Positions 20,459 to 23,176 of a stretch of 23,176 bases of DNA are shown piece by piece. Source of the stretch: Geosiphon pyriformis uo1. Taxonomy: Eukaryota > Fungi > Glomeromycota. A program made the translations under genes and the position numbers. The DNA is taken from the NCBI GenBank assembly GCA_016748015.1, contig JAAOMT010000218.1, forward strand, positions 14,811 through 37,986, given 5' to 3'. Under the pieces are notes generated by a model, which worked only from the letters and a program-made list of their open reading frames with translations, did no database searches and was not told where the DNA came from. Each line of letters starts with the position of its first letter. Position 1 is the stretch's first letter.

Positions 20459-21800
20459 TTAGATTTGTTTCATTCATGACAAACTGTCAGCATTTCTATT
20501 GTTTTTTTCCTTTTTATAATGTACTGTAAATATATATGGTAATAATGTTATTTTCTATTTTGTATAATGATCATCTCCAAATTCTTGATTTTAAATTGAA
20601 GTTAATCTCTTGTAATCTGTGTATACATTAAATTTTTGGCTTAAGTATTCTTTCCATTTCATAACTGCCCAATAGATTGCTAAGTATTCCAATGCTGGTG
20701 TTTCATAGTTTTTTTCTGCTGGACTCAAGCTTTGGCTGGCATATACTATTGAATGTTCTCTTTCATTCAGTCCTCTTTGTGATAGTACTGCTTCTAATGC
20801 TTGGCCTGATACATCTGTAGTGATGATAAATAGTTTACTATAGTCTGAATAGATCAGTATTGAAGCTTGAATAAGTTTTTTTCTCAATGTGTTGAACACT
20901 TTTTATTGAGCTTCTGTCTATTTGTACTTCACATTTTTGGTTTGTAAATAATAAAGTGGCTGAGCCAGTTTAGAAAAATTCTTGATAAAGTGATAATAAT
21001 AGTCTGCAAATCCCAAAAATGCTCTTAGTTCCATCAGATTGGTTGGTACTAAAAAGTTCTTTACTATTGCAATCTTATCCAAATCTGTTTTGATGCCATC
21101 TTTGCTCATTACATGTCCTAAAAACTTGAGTTCTGTTTTGCCAAAGAAGCCTTTGTTTGTATTTAATTTCAATTCTGCTTGTCTGAGTCTTTCAAATACT
21201 TGTTGGAGATAATATAAATGATTATCAAATGTTTTGGAGAACACATTGGTGTCATTCAAATATACAACTACTAATTTCTATAGTAGTCTGGTATAGACAA
21301 TTTCCATCAGTTTTTGAAATGTGGCTGGAGCATTCATCAAGCCAAATGGCATGATTTTAAATTCAAAATATTTTTCTTGAGTTGTGAATGCTGTTTTCTT
21401 TTTGTCTTCTGGTTTCATAACTACTTGCCAGTAACCACTGTCTAAATCTAAAGTTGAGAACCATTTTTTTTCTTCAAAAGCATCAAACAGTTCTTGAATC
21501 TTTGGAGTCAGACAGCTATTACTTTTGGTTACTCTATTCAATTTCTAGTAATCTACACAAAAGCATATTTTTTTATTCTTCTTATGAACTAGTACCACTG
21601 ATAACAACCATGGGCTTATTGATGGCTGAATTAATCTATTGTCAAGCATTTGATTGATTTTTTGACAAATGATCTCATGGCTGGCAGGTGATACTCTGTA
21701 TGTTCTTTGTTTGATTGGCATTGCATTTCCAGTCTTGATCTGGTGTTGAATTATATCAGTTCTGCTGAATTTGTTTTCACTGACAAAGATATTATTGAAA
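20459..21800 (-). pseudogene. Reverse transcriptase-RNase H, copy C
   Basis: FCVDY, LDLDSGYWQV, MPFGLMNAPATFQ, FLGH, TTDVS, EKNY...LE; TAA at 20459..20461. Confidence 0.92.
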
Positions 21801-22289
21801 TTGTTGAGTAATATTTTAAGTTGCATACGTTGTATTGAGTTTAGATTTCCCAAGTTCATCTGTTCCAATTGTTTTGGTTGGAGCAGATAACATTCTTTTC
21901 ATCCATATATGATTTGAGATATAATGTCTACATATTCACACAGTTGTGGAAAGTCTGGAATGATATTTGACAATTGGTTTTCTATTTTAGTAGTTAAGTA
22001 TTTAATAATAGTTCCTTCTGGTATCTTGATAATGTTTTTCATATTGTTGTAAATAGAAATTTTAATATGACTATGGTTTTTGGCTGGTATGTGTAGATTG
22101 ACTAATTCAATCTCTCCTGATTCACAAAGTGTTGCTTCTGTCTCAAAAATCTGTACCTAATTCTTTACTTTTTTTTTATAGTTACCATGTACTGGTCATA
22201 TGGTGGAATGGAAATTGATTGACAGGTGGAGATAATTTTTTTCTTGTCAATAATCTCTTCTTCTGCCATATTGACTAGTACATTTATTT

Positions 22290-22683
22290 TATCTGTTGAT
22301 CCGAATCCTTGTATCTCTCTTGCTGTTATTTCTAATTCTTCTTTGTTCCCCACTGATACTAACTAAGCTACTTTAATCAGAGATAAGAATATTGCCTGTG
22401 CTATCTTTTTATTTGGCTCTATAATATAGGTCTTTTCTGAATTATTTTGTAACATAGCAATGATATTTCCTATATATCCTGTGTTAATTATCCCTCCTCT
22501 GATGTTGACTCCTTTGTTTGCTAAGCTACTCTTAGATACTAGTTGAACCATTGTTGTTGTTGGAATTTCCAATGCTACTTTAAGATCAATACATGTGCAC
22601 AAATATGGTTTCAATTTAATGGCATTTTTTTTTAAATATCTCAGATCAAATTTTGTATTAGTATCATGCATGTATTTGGGCAT
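22290..22683 (-). pseudogene. dUTPase domain, copy C
   Basis: KFDLRY, SKSSL, GGIINTGYIG, KIAQAIF, QGFGST. Confidence 0.88.
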
Positions 22684-23176
22684 AATATTTTCACTATTAT
22701 CACTGAACCATTTTAGTTCTTGCTCCTTAGTGAGATCTGGGAGTGTAATATATGTTTCAGGGTTTGAATCTGAGTTTAAATTGTTGTTATTTTTGTTGCT
22801 ATTTTGAGCAGAGCTAAAACTGTTGTTTTTGTTGTCGTCATTGTCGGAGTTTGAATTGGAATTGAAAATTGATTCTAATTCTGATGTGCAGCTGCTGATT
22901 GGTCCTTTCTCTTCCAGGATTGTGTAGATCATGCATAGTGGTGAATTGTAAATGAGATCACAATTATCACAATATTCAAAATCACTGGGAATTAAACAAT
23001 GTTGGCATAGTCTGGTATTTAATTCTTCAGGCCATTGTTTCTATTCTTTTCTTGTTGGCACTAGGTTTTGGTAGTGTTTGTAAAATTTCTCTAGTCCTGC
23101 TTCAATATCAAAAAAAACATCAGGATTTGGAATGAAAACTATTTCTACTGGTTTTGGTAGATTGTTTTTAATTTCT

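Larger units (their letters stand above)
19069..23176 (-). mobile_element. Ty3/Gypsy copy C (host element), internal region: end of Cys-rich insert, dUTPase, RT, RNase H, integrase
   Basis: ORF fragments 22363..22932 (dUTPase), 20918..21868 (RT), 20591..20899 (RNase H) and 19662..20380 (IN) are homologous to copies A and B. Runs off the window end. Confidence 0.92.

Noticed and set aside
204-22807. Numerous plus-strand ORFs with hydrophobic translations (e.g. 2118..2462, 14936..15247, 16086..16440)
   Set aside because: They are antisense shadows of A-rich minus-strand retroelement ORFs, with no domains and no consistent start/stop conservation between copies.

Overview
AT-rich eukaryotic (probably fungal) DNA made up entirely of three nested, same-orientation (minus-strand), degenerate copies of one Ty3/Gypsy (Metaviridae) LTR-retrotransposon family. 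There are no host genes. Copy C (1..303 plus 19069..23176, running off both ends) was interrupted by copy A (304..19068, flanked by the 4-bp duplication ATGA). Copy A was then interrupted by copy B (5' LTR 9519..10396). Afterwards the 3' LTRs of A and B appear to have recombined into one chimeric LTR (304..1180). Comparing the copies suggests an unusual three-cistron ancestor. ORF1 is one frame carrying an N-terminal extension, Gag (CCHC), protease, a Cys-rich insert, dUTPase, a dUTPase-like module, RT and RNase H. ORF2 is integrase with its own ATG, after a conserved stop and a length-variable spacer. ORF3 is an unknown ~219-codon gene ending in the PPT. ORF2 and ORF3 share an almost identical 16-nt A-rich leader. 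Both nested insertions hit the same ~60-bp integrase/ORF3 junction. All copies carry many C>T/G>A changes. From memory the proteins resemble repeat-derived hypothetical proteins of Glomeromycotina (e.g. Geosiphon), but this is unverified.
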